From assembly GCF_020745735.1 (NCBI RefSeq), contig NC_083438.1, positions 32,362,443 to 32,426,442 on the forward strand: a stretch of 64,000 bases of DNA, given 5' to 3'. Every line of letters starts with the position of its first letter. Position 1 is the first letter of the stretch. Source of the stretch: Hemiscyllium ocellatum. Its lineage: Eukaryota. A program made the position numbers and the translations under genes. The notes under the pieces are model-generated. The model ran no database searches. It had not been told where the DNA came from and was given only the letters and a program-made list of their open reading frames with translations. Below, in pieces: positions 33,101 to 45,110 of the stretch.

Positions 33101-35323
33101 TTTCAACATCGAGGATAAATGGCTCTGTCATTGTGTGAGAGGTTTAGAGTGTGGGATTCTTACAATGCATCCAGGACAGCTTCAGAAGACCATGTGAGAG
33201 AGAGTGATCCTCGGCTTGATTTTAGGTTATGAAGCTCAGCGAGTGATTGAAGTATCAGTTGGGGAACGGTTTGTCGACAGTGGTCATAACTCAGTCAGAT
33301 TCCAGCTTGTTTTGGGAAAGGGAAAGGGTAGGCTTGAAATCAAAGTCTGAATTGAAGAAGGCCAATTTTAATAAGGAGATATGACCTGGCCAGAGGGGAG
33401 CTTCTGGGTAAATCTGTGACAGAAAACTGTTTCTATGTTTTAAGATCAGGTGGGACACACTCACCAAGGAAATAGGGAGAGCACAGGGCCATCCTATTCC
33501 AATAAAGGTAAAGGGTGGCACCAACAAATTCAGCAAACCCTGGTATCGAGTGATGTACAGGATTAGACTGGATTGGATTTATTGACATGTGTACTGAGGC
33601 ACAGTGAAAAGCTTTGTCTTGAGAGCAATACAGGCAGATCAGAGAGTTAAGGAGCATAGATAAGTAAATAATGGGGAAACAGCAGCAAAAACCAAAACAC
33701 AGCTACAGGCAAATGCTAAGAGTTTGTGAGTCCATTCAGCATTCTGACAACAGTAGGGTAGAAACTGTTTCGAGACCGGCTGGTGCGTATGTTTAGGCTT
33801 ATGTACCCTCTCCCCGATGGTAGAGTTTGTAGAAAAGCATTGCCAGGGTGGGATGGATCTTTGAGAATGCTGGCAGCCTTTCCTTGACAGTGGGCCTGGT
33901 AGATGGGATTCTGTAGATGGGAGGTTGTCTTTTGTGATTGTCCGGGCCGAGTTCACCACTCTCTGTAACCAAGGAGACTGATGGCAGATACTGATGGTCG
34001 GATCAGTAGAAACCCTGGATGTGTACAGTCTGTGCATGGAGAAACTTAGAAAGGAAATGACGAAAGTTAAAAGGGGGTTTGGGAGAATAACGATGGGTAA
34101 AATACAGGCAACTCCAAAGTTACTTTACAAGTTATTCAAGGAAGGGTGGACAAATCACACAACACCAGGTTATAGTCCAACAGGTTTATTTGGAAGTACT
34201 GTACTTGCTTTCAGAATGCTACTCCTTCATCACGTAGCTAGTGGGCAGGATCATAAGAATTTATCGCAAAAGATCAGTGTCATGACATTTGAAACAGACC
34301 TAGATTGCTGTTCAGTCTTTCATCTTTTAGAATAGGTTGCAGGTTTTGGTTCATTAATACGTCAATCCCAGAAGTTCTTTTAAGTCACATTCTCAGATAA
34401 CTTAAGGTTGTATAAAAAAAAAGGTGACATCTCAGCTCAGACACTCCAGTAAAGGTGTGCGGTTATATAAATGTGTTCTTTTTGGGTCAAGTTGATGAAC
34501 TTTATTCAGTGTTTGCTCTTTCCCTAATTATTCAGATATCACCCTGCCCTCACTGACCCACACTGACTTTGTTCAGCAATGATTTGATTCTAGTATTCTC
34601 CTCCCTCTATGCTTTTCCCCTGGCACCTCTCTGGCACCTCCCCCAGATCTGTAACCCTCTGAGATCGCCATACTCCTCCCTTGCTCCTCGAAAACATTGT
34701 CCAGTTTCTCATTGTTTAACCATTGGTGACCAGACGTTCAGCTGCCTGAAAGCTCATAATTGTGGTCATTCCCATCACAAACTTCTCTGCCTCTTCCTGT
34801 TCTCTTCTTTGGATGTTCCTTAAGTCCCACCTTTCTGCCTCAGTTTGTTTTCATGTGGCTTGGTATCATCATCTGTCTGATTCCTCCCATGAATTATGTT
34901 TGGATGTTCTGTTCAGGCTGCTGTACAAATGCAAGTCTTTCCCCAACACTCTATAACCCGTCCCCTTAATACAGGCATCGGAAGACTCGATGACTTGGGA
35001 AGGCCGTCTTTACCATTTTCCAGCTGCCATTGGTCCCCAAGATGTTGAGGGTTATTTACTGGGTCTGTGCTCCTGAACAGCTCCTTTACACACACGTCCA
35101 AAATGGTGGATTCTTCTAACCTGTTCTCTGCTTGTTCCTCCCTTCTAGGAATTGTGTTCGAAGCCAACACTCCAGCGATCGAAATGAAGCATCGAATGGT
35201 GTCCCTTTGAGAGAGGTGGTCTGTTCAGGTGAAGCACGGAGCCTTGTACCAACAGCACCTGAGCATCAGGATGGAGCGGCTGGAGAACAAAACCTTCTGG
35301 GGAACGGGGCTGCCCAGCACTGA
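29018..35323 (+). CDS. Apparently intact single-IgV type I membrane protein gene (B7/butyrophilin/MOG-like IgV), copy C, ~276 aa
   Basis: Exons 29018-29101 (putative), 29595-29670, 30271-30615, 31853-31897, 32663-32768 and 35149-35323 sum to 831 nt (277 codons). All have GT-AG sites and compatible phases (0,1,1,1,2). Confidence 0.78.
29595..29670 (+). CDS. Leader exon of copy C: GHSSQKLLPPLLLLLLLLNVVAAVS(G)
   Basis: ctcactgtgttttcttgttgcag| ... |gtcagt, 76 nt, Leu8. Confidence 0.82.
30071..30105. repeat. (GT)n microsatellite
   Basis: About 17 GT units. Other (GT/CA)n tracts lie at ~18990, 24834, 41457, 42468, 46780, 54488 and 63353. Confidence 0.95.
30271..30615 (+). CDS. Intact IgV exon of copy C
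   Basis: GDSPVPVSGFLGEQVVLPCTYKG...VIWK...FENRTNLFKDQLEQGNWSVLLSDLRETDQGEYLCLIY...YLSVR. It has B-strand Cys, C-strand Trp and D-x-G-x-Y-x-C. 345 nt, phase 1-1. Confidence 0.95.
30745..31330 (+). mobile_element. L2/CR1-group LINE 3' fragment (antisense to its own ORF) in the intron of copy C
   Basis: GCCAGCATTATTGTCCATCCCCAGTTGCCCTTGAGAAGGTGGTGATGAGCTGCCTTCTTGAACCGCTGCA, same family as 13400-13700. Confidence 0.65.
31853..31897 (+). CDS. 45-nt stalk exon of copy C ((V)HSTQEPNEILETDY(G))
   Basis: ttttgtttttcag| ... |gtgagt, phase 1-1. Paralog of 1152-1196. Confidence 0.78.
32663..32768 (+). CDS. TM exon of copy C ((G)PGLSTGARVGLGIGIAAVFVVPGIVGYIVLKRQR)
   Basis: tttgtctgtag| ... AAG|gtgagt, 106 nt, phase 1-2. 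Hydrophobic span followed by a KRQR stop-transfer. Confidence 0.88.
32869..32947 (+). CDS. Possible proximal alternative cytoplasmic exon (SCEDASIQPVIEQHHPVTSSLSSSRC*); paralogs 19401-19479(+), 46308-46386(-), 62880-62958(-)
   Basis: Weak acceptor ccattccctgag| 100 nt after the TM donor, phase-2 compatible. There is no indel test of selection. Confidence 0.3.
33600..33975 (-). mobile_element. Rex1/Babar LINE 3' end (paralog 61840-62250 +)
   Basis: LQRVVNSARTITKDNLPSTES...GKAASILKDPSHPG...RFRNSFYPTVVRMLN across frameshifts. Confidence 0.75.
35149..35323 (+). CDS. Distal cytoplasmic (terminal coding) exon of copy C
   Basis: cttgttcctcccttctag|, phase 2: RNCVRSQHSSDRNEASNGVPLREVVCSGEARSLVPTAPEHQDGAAGEQNLLGNGAAQH*. 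The frame is kept in all four paralogs despite indels. Confidence 0.72.
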
Positions 35324-36439
35324 CTGAGTTTCCACTGCACTTAGCCTGGCTCAGGGAGGGGGGAATCAGCCCAGTGTTGGGGGGATCGAGTGATTCCTAT
35401 TGGAAAGTCTGAGCTCAGGATTGGGATCAACAATCACCTTTTATTTTGCACGAATCCTTCTCAGCATTGCCATCTCAGGAGGGAAACTCCCAGTGTCCAA
35501 CTACTTCGTCCTCTGCATCATATCTCAGCATTAATGTTACAGTCTGTGTCCAAACACTGCCTCAGGGTTCAGCTGTGTAACCCTAACTCTAACCCTCAAG
35601 GCTAATCCTGTGAGATATTTTTCACAGATAATTTCTTTATTCTTAATTAATAACTTTAATAACTTATGCTCAGTGTGGGTGATGGTACCAGGGCCCCATT
35701 TATTGTCCATGTGGCCTAGACCCACTGCAGTCCTTGTAGTGATGGTGCTCCCACAGTGGGGATCATGGGAAGAGGCTTCAGAAACTCCCCCTGCAGCAGC
35801 ACCTACTGGGCAAAGCCAGGAACTACATCACAACCACCTGGTGAAGAGGCACTTGGAAAGGTAGGGGTTCCACATGAACCTGTTGGACTATAACCTGATG
35901 TTGTGTGATTTTTAACTTTATTTCCTGCAGTTTTGTAATGCAATGAAGGTATTGATAATGTATTGATCTTATACTGATATGTCCTGGATGTTTATTTCTG
36001 ACTTTTGTGCACGAAACAAGACGGTAAATATTTTATATGCAGATATTTCTGTATTTTTATCCTGGATATTTCTTACTTTTCTACCTCTGCGTTTTGCTCT
36101 GAGCTGTGATTAAAGAAAAGCTGGTGCTGAGATTAGTGGGTCTACAGTCTGATGTTTAATGACTGCTGGTCACTGCATGAACAGAGGGGCTGCTGTCTAC
36201 AGGCAGTAAGTCCCTGATACGACTTGGAGTGAATGGAATTGGCTGAAGACTGGGATCAGTGATTGTGGGAATCTCAGGAGGAGCAGGAACATTTATCCAG
36301 TCGGTGTTCCTGGCTGGAGATGTTCTGTGAACTCTTCAGTCTTTTACATTGTGCCAAGGGAAGGTACATTGGAGCAGGAGTCGGCCAATTAAGTTGTTTG
36401 AGCCTGGTCTGCCATTCTCGATCCTGGCTGATCATCTAC

Positions 36440-36965
36440 TTCAAAAGAACAAAACAACAAAAGAAAAGTACAGCACAGGAACAGGCCCTTCAGCCCTCCA
36501 TCATCATGCTTTCACTAAACTAACAAACAAACCTTCTGCCCTTATTCAGTCTGTATCCCTCTATTCCCTCCCTATTTATGGCATCATCTGGATGCCTCTT
36601 CAATGTCACCAATGTGCCTGCTTCCACCACCTCTTCTGGCAGTGTGTTCCAGGCTCCTACCACAGTGTGAAAACCTTCCCCGAGCACATCTCCTTAAACC
36701 TCCCCCTCTCACCTTGAACCTGTGCCCCCTTGTAATTGAAACTTCAACCCTGGGAAAAAGCCTCTGAGTATCCACCCTATCCATGCCTCTCATAATGCTG
36801 TAGACCTCTGTCAGGTCTCCTCTCAGCCGCTGTCTTCCCAGTGAAAACAACGCTAGTCTTTTTAACCTTTCTTTGTGGCCAATGCCCTCGAGATCTGGCC
36901 CCATCCTGGTGACCCTTCTCTGTGCTCTCTCCATGTCCTTCTGGTGGCATGGCAACCAAACCTCA
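36440..36965 (-). mobile_element. CR1 3' fragment (inverted paralog 43505-44030 +)
   Basis: KDMERAQRRVTRMGPDLEGIGHKERLKRLALFSLGRQRLRGDLTEVYSIMRGMDRVD. Confidence 0.85.
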
Positions 36966-38138
36966 TTACCATATTCCTGCCCCTCCCCCATATCTCTCCC
37001 TGTGATCAGTGACTAGACATTTGCCCCCTCTCCCCAGCCCACTGCCCTGTTCTACATTTCTGTCTCATCCTGCCCCTCGTTTCTCCCTCCCTCTCTGGAA
37101 TAATCCTGCAGTTTATGAACACAAACACACTTTCCTCTTCCTAGAATTCCAGAAAACTCTGATATTCCCAAGATGATTTTTCCAAACCTTTCCCTGAATC
37201 CTGCCCCAGTTTCTGTTTCTGTTTCCCACCAGATCTTTCCCTCCTCCGGTGAGTCTGGGAGATCCCACCTTTTATTTCCCTCAATCTCCCCATTAACATT
37301 GTTCCCTTCTCCCCATGAAGTTTAGATACTGAGCCCTCTGCTCCCCACCTAAAGGGCCTGTCTCCTTTCCATGTCCCTCAGCCTTGTGTGGGGCTTCTCC
37401 TTTTCTCTCCAGCCCTTCCCTGGCCCCTGGCCCACGGTGACTCTCTCTCATCGCCCTTCGACCTTCCCAACCCCGGGGATTCGGGGCTACCGGCCGTGTG
37501 CAGGGTTAGTCCAGCCTCACCCCCCCTAACCCCTTCCCCTCCCCCTGCAATCCCCTTTCTCTTGTTGGAGACATGGAGCAGCTCTGAGCCGGAGTGGAGT
37601 GGAGGCAGGGAGCGGCTGTGAGCCGGGGGCGGGCTGCAGGGGGGGGCCTTATATCGGAAAGTAATGCAACTTGCCTTTTTAATCGCTCTGTCACACCTCC
37701 CGCTGTGGGTCAGTCCCGTTTATTCACAGAAATTGGCAAGTCACAGAGAGACTGAACTGCATGGAGACAGACCATTAGACATTGAGCTGCACTTCCCTCT
37801 CGGTGTGTAACGTTTTAATAAAAGTTTTACGATTTACATATGAAAGAAGTGAAACTAACAAAGTCATTCTAACAGATGAGAGTTATAACACACAATCCAG
37901 GTCTTTTTCAATATATAATTTCAGTTACATCACACTGTAAACTTTTGCTATAAATTCTGTGTCTTACAATCGTGTCCTCCAGAAAGAGTTGGATAGAGCT
38001 CTCAAGGAGAGTGGAACCGAGGGTTATGGGGATAAGGCAGGAACAGGATACTGATTCAGGATGATCAGCCATGATCATAATGAATGGTGGTGCAGGCTCG
38101 AAGGGCAGAATGGCCTCCTCCTGCACCTATTGTCTATC

Positions 38139-38173
38139 CACCTGATGAAGGAGCAGCGCTCCGAAAGCTAGTG
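38139..38173 (+). ncRNA. Minimal type I hammerhead ribozyme (second PLE subfamily)
   Basis: CAC-CUGAUGA-A-GGAGC(AGC)GCUCC-GAA-AGCU-A^GUG. Confidence 0.78.
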
Positions 38174-38700
38174 CTTCTAATTAAATCGGTTGGTCTTTAA
38201 CCTGGTGTTGGGTGATTTTTAACTTTGTGCTTCCAGCCTGTTTATAAACAGGGCTTGGAGTTTGGCCAAGTTCATGATGGATCAGAGGGAAATATTTCTT
38301 TTAATTCATTTCTAGCAGTGACTCGCTGGGCCCGCGTTTATTCTCGGATTAGGAGAATTAGAATATCTTTATTGTCACGTGTACTCAAGTACAGGAGTAC
38401 AGAGGGACCTTTACAATGTCAGACCCTGGATACAATATGGAGCGATTCAAAAGGGAAGTTGTGTTACTTTACCATGATTCACAGTAAGATATAAGACACC
38501 CCTCCAGCCCGTTCCCGGCTCACAGCCGCTCCATGTCCCCGCTCCCTGTCCCCGCTCCATGTCCCCGCTGTGTGCCTCTAACCCACTCACTTGCCCTTGG
38601 GGGGTGGTGCTGAGCCACTTTCCTGACCCACTGCTGTCCATCCCCACTGTGAAAGGAGAAGTTATCACAGTCCTGGAGGACCATGGGGCTGCTCTCATTA

Positions 38701-40112
38701 CAGAGAGAGGGCTGGTGGTGGTTGATATGGTGCCCTGGATTCTGAACCGGTGCCCTCTGGGCCTGGACTCTCAGCTGGGAGCTTCTTGACCCGCTGTAGT
38801 CCATGTGCTGTGGGTAGACCCACAATGTCTTTAGGCAGTTGGCTGGGTGGGAATTAGAATTATGTTTACTGTCAGATGTACTCACATGGGGACAGTGAAA
38901 AGGTGACAAGGCATTGCTTTGGTACTGAGGTACCCAGGCACAGATTGTCGGAATTCATTAGAAAAAGAAAATAAAAGTCCAGCATTAGGTACCAAAATAC
39001 AAAGCCATGGGAATTAATTGGAGAGTAAGTGCAGAGTTCCAGTTTCCCCACTCCAGTCTGTGCTGGTACCTGGTCAGCCTCATCTCCAGACTGCAGCAGG
39101 ACATGGATCTCAGCTCCAGAACATGCTGGGGACTTGTCTCCACACCATGCCAGGCCTGGCCTCCAAGGGCCGGATCCACAGTGCCCCTGCCGCTGCTGAA
39201 GCAGCCCCCACCGCCGAAAGGACCCTGGACAGCCGTTGCTCAAGCTGCGGCTCTCCCTGGCACAAGGAAACGGCCCAGACCCACTGGGCCAGCAGCTCCC
39301 TGCAACCTCCCCCCTTCATTGCAGCTGCAAACAACCACAAACCAAATGCATTTGGTACAAAAGGCAAGTGAATACATTGAAAAAGAGAGAAGGGTTTGTC
39401 CTTGTTGTGTACAGGACATACTGGGACACTTTCCCACATTGTTGGGGAGATACCAGTGTTATAACTGTACTCACAGAGCTAGGGAGACAGCAAGTGTTCC
39501 GCCTGGGAATGATCATCCAGACGGTGTTCCTGGTGGTTGGGAGTATTGGTGTTTGGGAGAGGGGTGGGGATTGTGGGAGTTCCAATTATCCCCAAATACA
39601 ACTTTTAAGGAACATTTGTCATTTTCCACATACATTTAATTACATTACACCCCAAAACCATACCTTCTCTATCACTGCCAGTTTCCCTCCAATCTCCATC
39701 ACCATCTCCCTCTGCCTGGCTGTATTTATTCTGACATTAAACAACACCTCCTTTCACTCACTCCTTGCTTTAAACCAATTAATTCCGATGATTTTATATT
39801 TTTGTACCTAATGTTTGACATTTTTTCTATCGTTTTCTAAGCTATTCCTCCAATCTGTACTCAACAATCTGTGCCTGGGTACCTCAGTACCAAAGCAATG
39901 CCTTGTCACCTTTTCACTGTCCCCATGTGAGTACATCTGACAGTAAACATAATTCTAATTCCCACCCAGCCAACTGCCGAAAGACATTGTGGGTCTACCC
40001 ACAGCACATGGACTACAGCGGCTCAAGAAGGCCCCAGTTGAGAGTCCAGGCCCAGAGGGCACTGGTTCAGAATCCAGGGCACCAGTTCAACCACCATCGG
40101 CCCTCTCTCTGA
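38701..40112. repeat. Fold-back: ~300-bp inverted arms (38701-39005 / 39795-40112) around an ~790-bp spacer
   Basis: The arms are reverse complements. ORF 38520-38909(-) matches ORF 39903-40112(+): MSPFHCPHVSTSDSKHNSNSHPANC. Confidence 0.88.
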
Positions 40113-41591
40113 ATACCCACATGGGAACTGGCTCCCGCTGTCTTTTTGTAGGAGATTGGAACTTTCCTTGGTTCAGTTCCGCACTGAGCCCCTCCTCCAC
40201 CTCTTCCTGTGGTACAGCAGGAACTGAACTGGTGTCATTTTCAGATTTAACTATGAACTGGACAATTCCCACAATTCTGCTTCTGATGTCCACCCTTCTG
40301 TCAGGTTCACATTCTCTCTGCTTACCTCGCTCTGGTTAGTTAACAATGTGAGACCACATGGGATTGTGGATAATATACTGACATAGATTGGGAATAGACA
40401 GACTGTCCGTGCGGCGCTGGGAATATACATTTTAAGAATGTACAGGAACAGGAGGAGGCCATTGGACCCTCCAGCTTGTTTCCTGTTCAATGCCTGATCT
40501 ACCTCAATTCCACTTTCCTGCCTGATTCCTGTGTCCTATAATTCCCAATCAGTCAAAAATCCCAGTGTGGAATTAACCATATTCACCTGTCCTGCAATCC
40601 AGTCCAGGGCAGCATTGATCCAGTGCTCAGTGACTACATTAAGGTCCTACAGGGTTTCAGTGGGTTGTGCCCTCACTTTTGAATCCCAGTGCAGAGGCAA
40701 GAGCCCCACAATGCAGGGTGACAGTCCCAGGGCAGTGTTGAGGGAGTGCTGCACTGTCAAAGGAGACATCGGGACAAATTGCTGCAATGTTGGGTATTCA
40801 GTTGTTTGGGTGAAACATTGAACTGGAGCATCATCTGTTCTTCAGGGGAATGAGAAAAATCCCTTGGTCTGGAAGATGTTCAGGGTGTTTTCAATGGAGA
40901 TCTTTATTCCTAAACACACACAAATTAAATCAGGTGATCTGCTTTTGCCCTGACCAGTTTTAGTGACGTTTTTTGCGGTAACGTGCACTTCAAAACACCT
41001 AATTTCACTCTTATTTCATGGACTAGAAATGAGCTTCAGACGTGTTGGAGAAATACAGGACTTTGTTATTGAAATGATTTGGAGATGCCGGGACAAATGG
41101 TGTAGTGCGGTTTTTCACTTCGTTGTTCAAATGTTGTGAAGCAGCTCTGCAGTACCATCCTTACCCACTTGGTGGCGGTGGACTCAGTGTCTCAGCAATT
41201 TGAAGTTAAAAATCACACACCATCAGGATCTCGTCCAACAGGTTTATGTGGAAGCACTAGCTCTCGGAGCCCTGCACCTTCAGCAGGTAACTAGTGGGGC
41301 AGGATAATAAGACACAGGATTTAGATACAGAGAACTAACAGTCAAATAAATACATCACAAAGCAGCAGAGAACTGGAATGTGTGTGTTGTAATCAAATAA
41401 TTTCACACTGGAACCAGAACAACTACAGTCAACAGAACAGGAAGGTAATCCCCTGAACACACACACACACACACACACACACACATCCTGATTGGAATAC
41501 CTGCCAATACTGGGAAGCATGTTACCCCAGTGAAGGGCTGGAAAAACGCAGCAGGCCAGGCAGCATCCGAGGAGCAGGAGAATGAGGGCTC

Positions 41592-41627
41592 ATTCCTGAA
41601 GAAGGGCCTATGCCCGAAACGTCGATT
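41592..41627 (+). ncRNA. Minimal type I hammerhead ribozyme (PLE type, CUGAAGA core)
   Basis: AUUC-CUGAAGA-A-GGGC(CUAU)GCCC-GAA-ACGU-C^GAUU, inside an inverted pLTR cassette at 41540-41715. Confidence 0.7.
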
Positions 41628-44606
41628 CTCCTGCTCCTCGGATGCTGCCTGACCTGCTGTGTTTATCCAGCACCACATTTTTCAGCTCTGGTCTCCAGCA
41701 TCTGCAGTCCTCACTTTTCTTCTACTCCAGTGAAGGGCTAGAGTGATGGCCGTGTCATGGGGGAACCGCTCTCCAACACAACGGGAAGAGGGACCCCATT
41801 GATACTGTCAAGCCAAAAGGATCATTGAAGCTGGGGATGGGATGATGGGCCCGGGGCTGGGAGGGATGGGGACCTGTCAGAAACACACCCCTTTGTGGGG
41901 TACACACCTCCAGGGGTTCCATGAGCAGGAGAAAGAGAGCCAGTGCTGAGGGATGTGCACTGGGTTAGGAGTGACCACCTTTCCAATGCACTGACCAGAA
42001 GTGTGTGTGGGAGCTGGGGAAGCCTCGAACCATTTCATAAATCCTGTCACCTGATGCTGCTGCAGAAACCCATGGAAACCACTGAGACTGAGAGCTGGAG
42101 CAATCTGGGACTCAAATCAGATCGCTGTTCCCCCCTCCCCCCTAGGCAGAGACTTCTAACAAACCTGTTCGGGGATGTTAGGACACATCTCTGGAGAAGG
42201 TGGGATTTGAACTACGGCCAGAGGTGGGGTCACTACCACAACACCCATCCCTTGTAGAATAAAGAGGGTGTCTGACTGGAAACAGCACTCACCTCCGTTT
42301 TGCAGAATCATTTTGGGGAAGATGAATTGGGGAGGGAGGGGGTGTGGGGTCAGGAGGAGAGTTTACCAGGGGCCAGGGGACTAGAGGGGGCCCGGATCAG
42401 CCGGCTGGACTGACTGCCCACGGCCGGTAGGCCCGAATCCCCGGGGTGTGGGTACATCGATGGGCGGGGTGTGTGTGTGTGTGTGTGTGTGAGAGAGGGG
42501 AGAGAGTCACCGTGGGCCAGGGGCCAGGAAAGGGCTGGAGAGAAAAGGAGAAGCCCCACACAAGGCTGAGGGACATGGAAAGGAGACAGGCCCTTTAGGT
42601 GGGGAGCAGAGGGCTCAATATCTAAACTTCATGGGGAGAAGGGAACAAGGTTAATGGAGAGATTGAAGGGAAATAAAAGGTGGGATCTCCCAGACTCACC
42701 AGAGGAGGGAAAGATCTGGTGGGAAACAGAAACAGGGGCAGGATTCAGGGAAAGGCTTGGATAAATCATCTAGGAAATATCAGAGTTTTCTGGAATTCTA
42801 GGAAAAGGAAAGCATGAGTGTGTGTCTGCGTGTTCAGAAACTGCAGGATTATTCCAGAGAGGGAGGGAGAAACGAGGGGCAGGATGAGACAGAAATGTAG
42901 AACATGGCAGTGGGTTGGGGAGAGGGGGCTTCCTGAGGGCACATTGTGCTGGGATATGGAGGGCTGGGGAAAAGGTGGGAGCTGTAACTGATAGAGAGCT
43001 CTTTCCTCCTGCACCCTCACTTTTGGGTCAATATCCCCCTCAACCACCAGCATTTAAATCAAACAGAGAATCTGATCATTATGACAGTGCTACGTGTGGG
43101 AACTTACTGTGTGCAAATTAATCCCCATCATTCCGATATTACAAGTCCCTTCACTGACCGGGAAGCATTGTGGGATGTGGTACAGAGGTGAAAGGTGCTA
43201 GAAAATGTAAACCCTTCCTGAAATGGAGTCAACATAAAAGAAAGTGTTCACACCATCAAAGCTCTGCAATGCTGCTGCATTCAGCCTTTAATGGTGGGGA
43301 ACCATTCAACATCAAGTGGGAGGTGACTCCATGTCCATCCGTATCCTCAATGATGGGGAACCTACATCTGCTCAAAGAGACGGTGTGTGTGTGTGTCAGA
43401 GGGAGAGAGAGAACACAGGTACTGGAAGCAATTCAGAGGCAAATGGAAGACAGAGCTTGATCAATGTGTAGTCACTGATCACAGGGAGAGATATGGGGGA
43501 GGGGCAGGAATATGGTAATGAGGTTTGGTTGCCATGCCACCAGAAGGACATGGAGAGAGCACAGAGAAGGGTCACCAGGATGGGGCCAGATCTCGAGGGC
43601 ATTGGCCACAAAGAAAGGTTAAAAAGACTAGGGTTGTTTTCACTGGGAAGACAGCGGCTGAGAGGAGACCTGACAGAGGTCTACAGCATTATGAGAGGCA
43701 TGGATAGGGTGGATAGTCAGAGGCTTTTTCCCAGGGTTGAAGTTTCAATTACAAGGGGACACAGGTACAAGGTGAGAGGGGGAGGTTTAAGGAGATGTGC
43801 GCGGGAAGGTTTTCACATTGTGGTATGAGCCTGGAACGCACTGCCAGAAGAGGTGGTGGAAGCAGGCACATTGGTGACATTGAAGAGGCATCCAGATGAT
43901 GCCATAAATAGGGAGGGAATAGAGGGATACAGACTGAATAAGGGCAGAAGGTTTGTTTGTTAGTTTAGTGAAAGCATGATGATGGAGGGCTGAAGGGCCT
44001 GTTCCTGTGCTGTACTTGTGTTGTTTTGTTCTTTTGAAGTAGATGATCAGCCAGGATCGAGAATGGCAGATCAGGCTCAAACAACTTAATTGGCCGACTC
44101 CTGCTCCTATGTACCTTCCCTTGGCACAATGTAAAAGACTGAAGAGTTCACAGAACATCTCCAGCCAGGAACACCGACTGGATAAATGTTCCTGCTCCTC
44201 CTGAGATTCCCACAATCACTGATCCCAGTCTTCAGCCAATTCCATTCACTCCAAGTCGTATCAGGGACTTACTGCCTGTAGACAGCAGCCCCTCTGTTCA
44301 TGCAGTGACCAGCAGTCATTAAACATCAGACTGTAGACCCACTAATCTCAGCACCAGCTTTTCTTTAATCACAGCTCAGAGCAAAAAGCAGAGGTAGAAA
44401 AGTAAGAAATATCCAGGATAAATATATAGAAATATCTGCATATAAAATATTTACCATCTTGTTTCGTACACAAAAGTCAGATATAAACATACAGGACATA
44501 TCAGCACAAGATCAATACATTATAACACTGCAGGAAATAAAGTTAAAAATCACACAACATCAGGTTATAGTCCATCAGGCTCATTTGGAACTACTACCTT
44601 TACAAG

Positions 44607-44748
44607 NNNNNNNNNNNNNNNNNNNNNNNNNNNNNNNNNNNNNNNNNNNNNNNNNNNNNNNNNNNNNNNNNNNNNNNNNNNNNNNNNNNNNNNNNNNNNN
44701 NNNNNNNNNNNNNNNNNNNNNNNNNNNNNNNNNNNNNNNNNNNNNNNN
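44607..44748. other. Assembly gap (142 N)
   Basis: Run of n characters. Confidence 1.
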
Positions 44749-44950
44749 CTGAACCCTGAGACAGGGTTTGGACACAGACTGTAACAGTAATGCTGAGACA
44801 TAATACACAGGATGAAACACCTCGTCCTATTTTTGAGTAAAGGGATAACACTCCCATGGGGCGTTTTCAACCAGGAATCACTCGATCCCCCCAACACTGG
44901 GCTGACTCCGCCCCCCTCCCTGAGCCAGGCTCAGTGCGGTGGAAACTCAG

Positions 44951-45110
44951 TCAGTGCTGGGCAGCCCCGTTCCCCAGAAGGTTTTGTTCTCCAGCCGCTC
45001 CATCCTGATGCTCAGGTGCTGTTGGTACAAGGCTCCGTGCTTCACCTGAACAGGTCACCTCTCTCAAAGGGACACCATTCGATGCTGCCGTCTTGTGTAG
45101 GTTCTGTTTC
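44951..45110 (-). CDS. Distal cytoplasmic exon of copy D (RKQNLHKTAASNGVPLREVTCSGEARSLVPTAPEHQDGAAGEQNLLGNGAAQH*)
   Basis: ttttctctctccatag|, phase 2, 160 nt. Confidence 0.7.

Larger units (their letters stand above)
32440..35430. repeat. 3' module of copy C, inverted paralog of ~59020-63370 (copy E, which has an extra CR1 at 59985-60905) and partly of 44750-46820 (copy D)
   Basis: Reverse-complement ORF pairs in the track, for example 33639-34037(-) versus 61829-62179(+) and 33291-33536(-) versus 62282-62527(+). Confidence 0.9.

Noticed and set aside
35579-35597. TAACCC-like telomeric motif
   Set aside because: Only three degenerate units, which is expected by chance.
39007-39639. Overlapping 110-210-aa ORFs in the fold-back spacer
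   Set aside because: GC-rich stretch with no recognisable domain, no supported splice sites, and the distal part is a copy of 3'-flank sequence (22325-22500).
44459-44897. ORFs spanning the N run
   Set aside because: Artefacts of the assembly gap.
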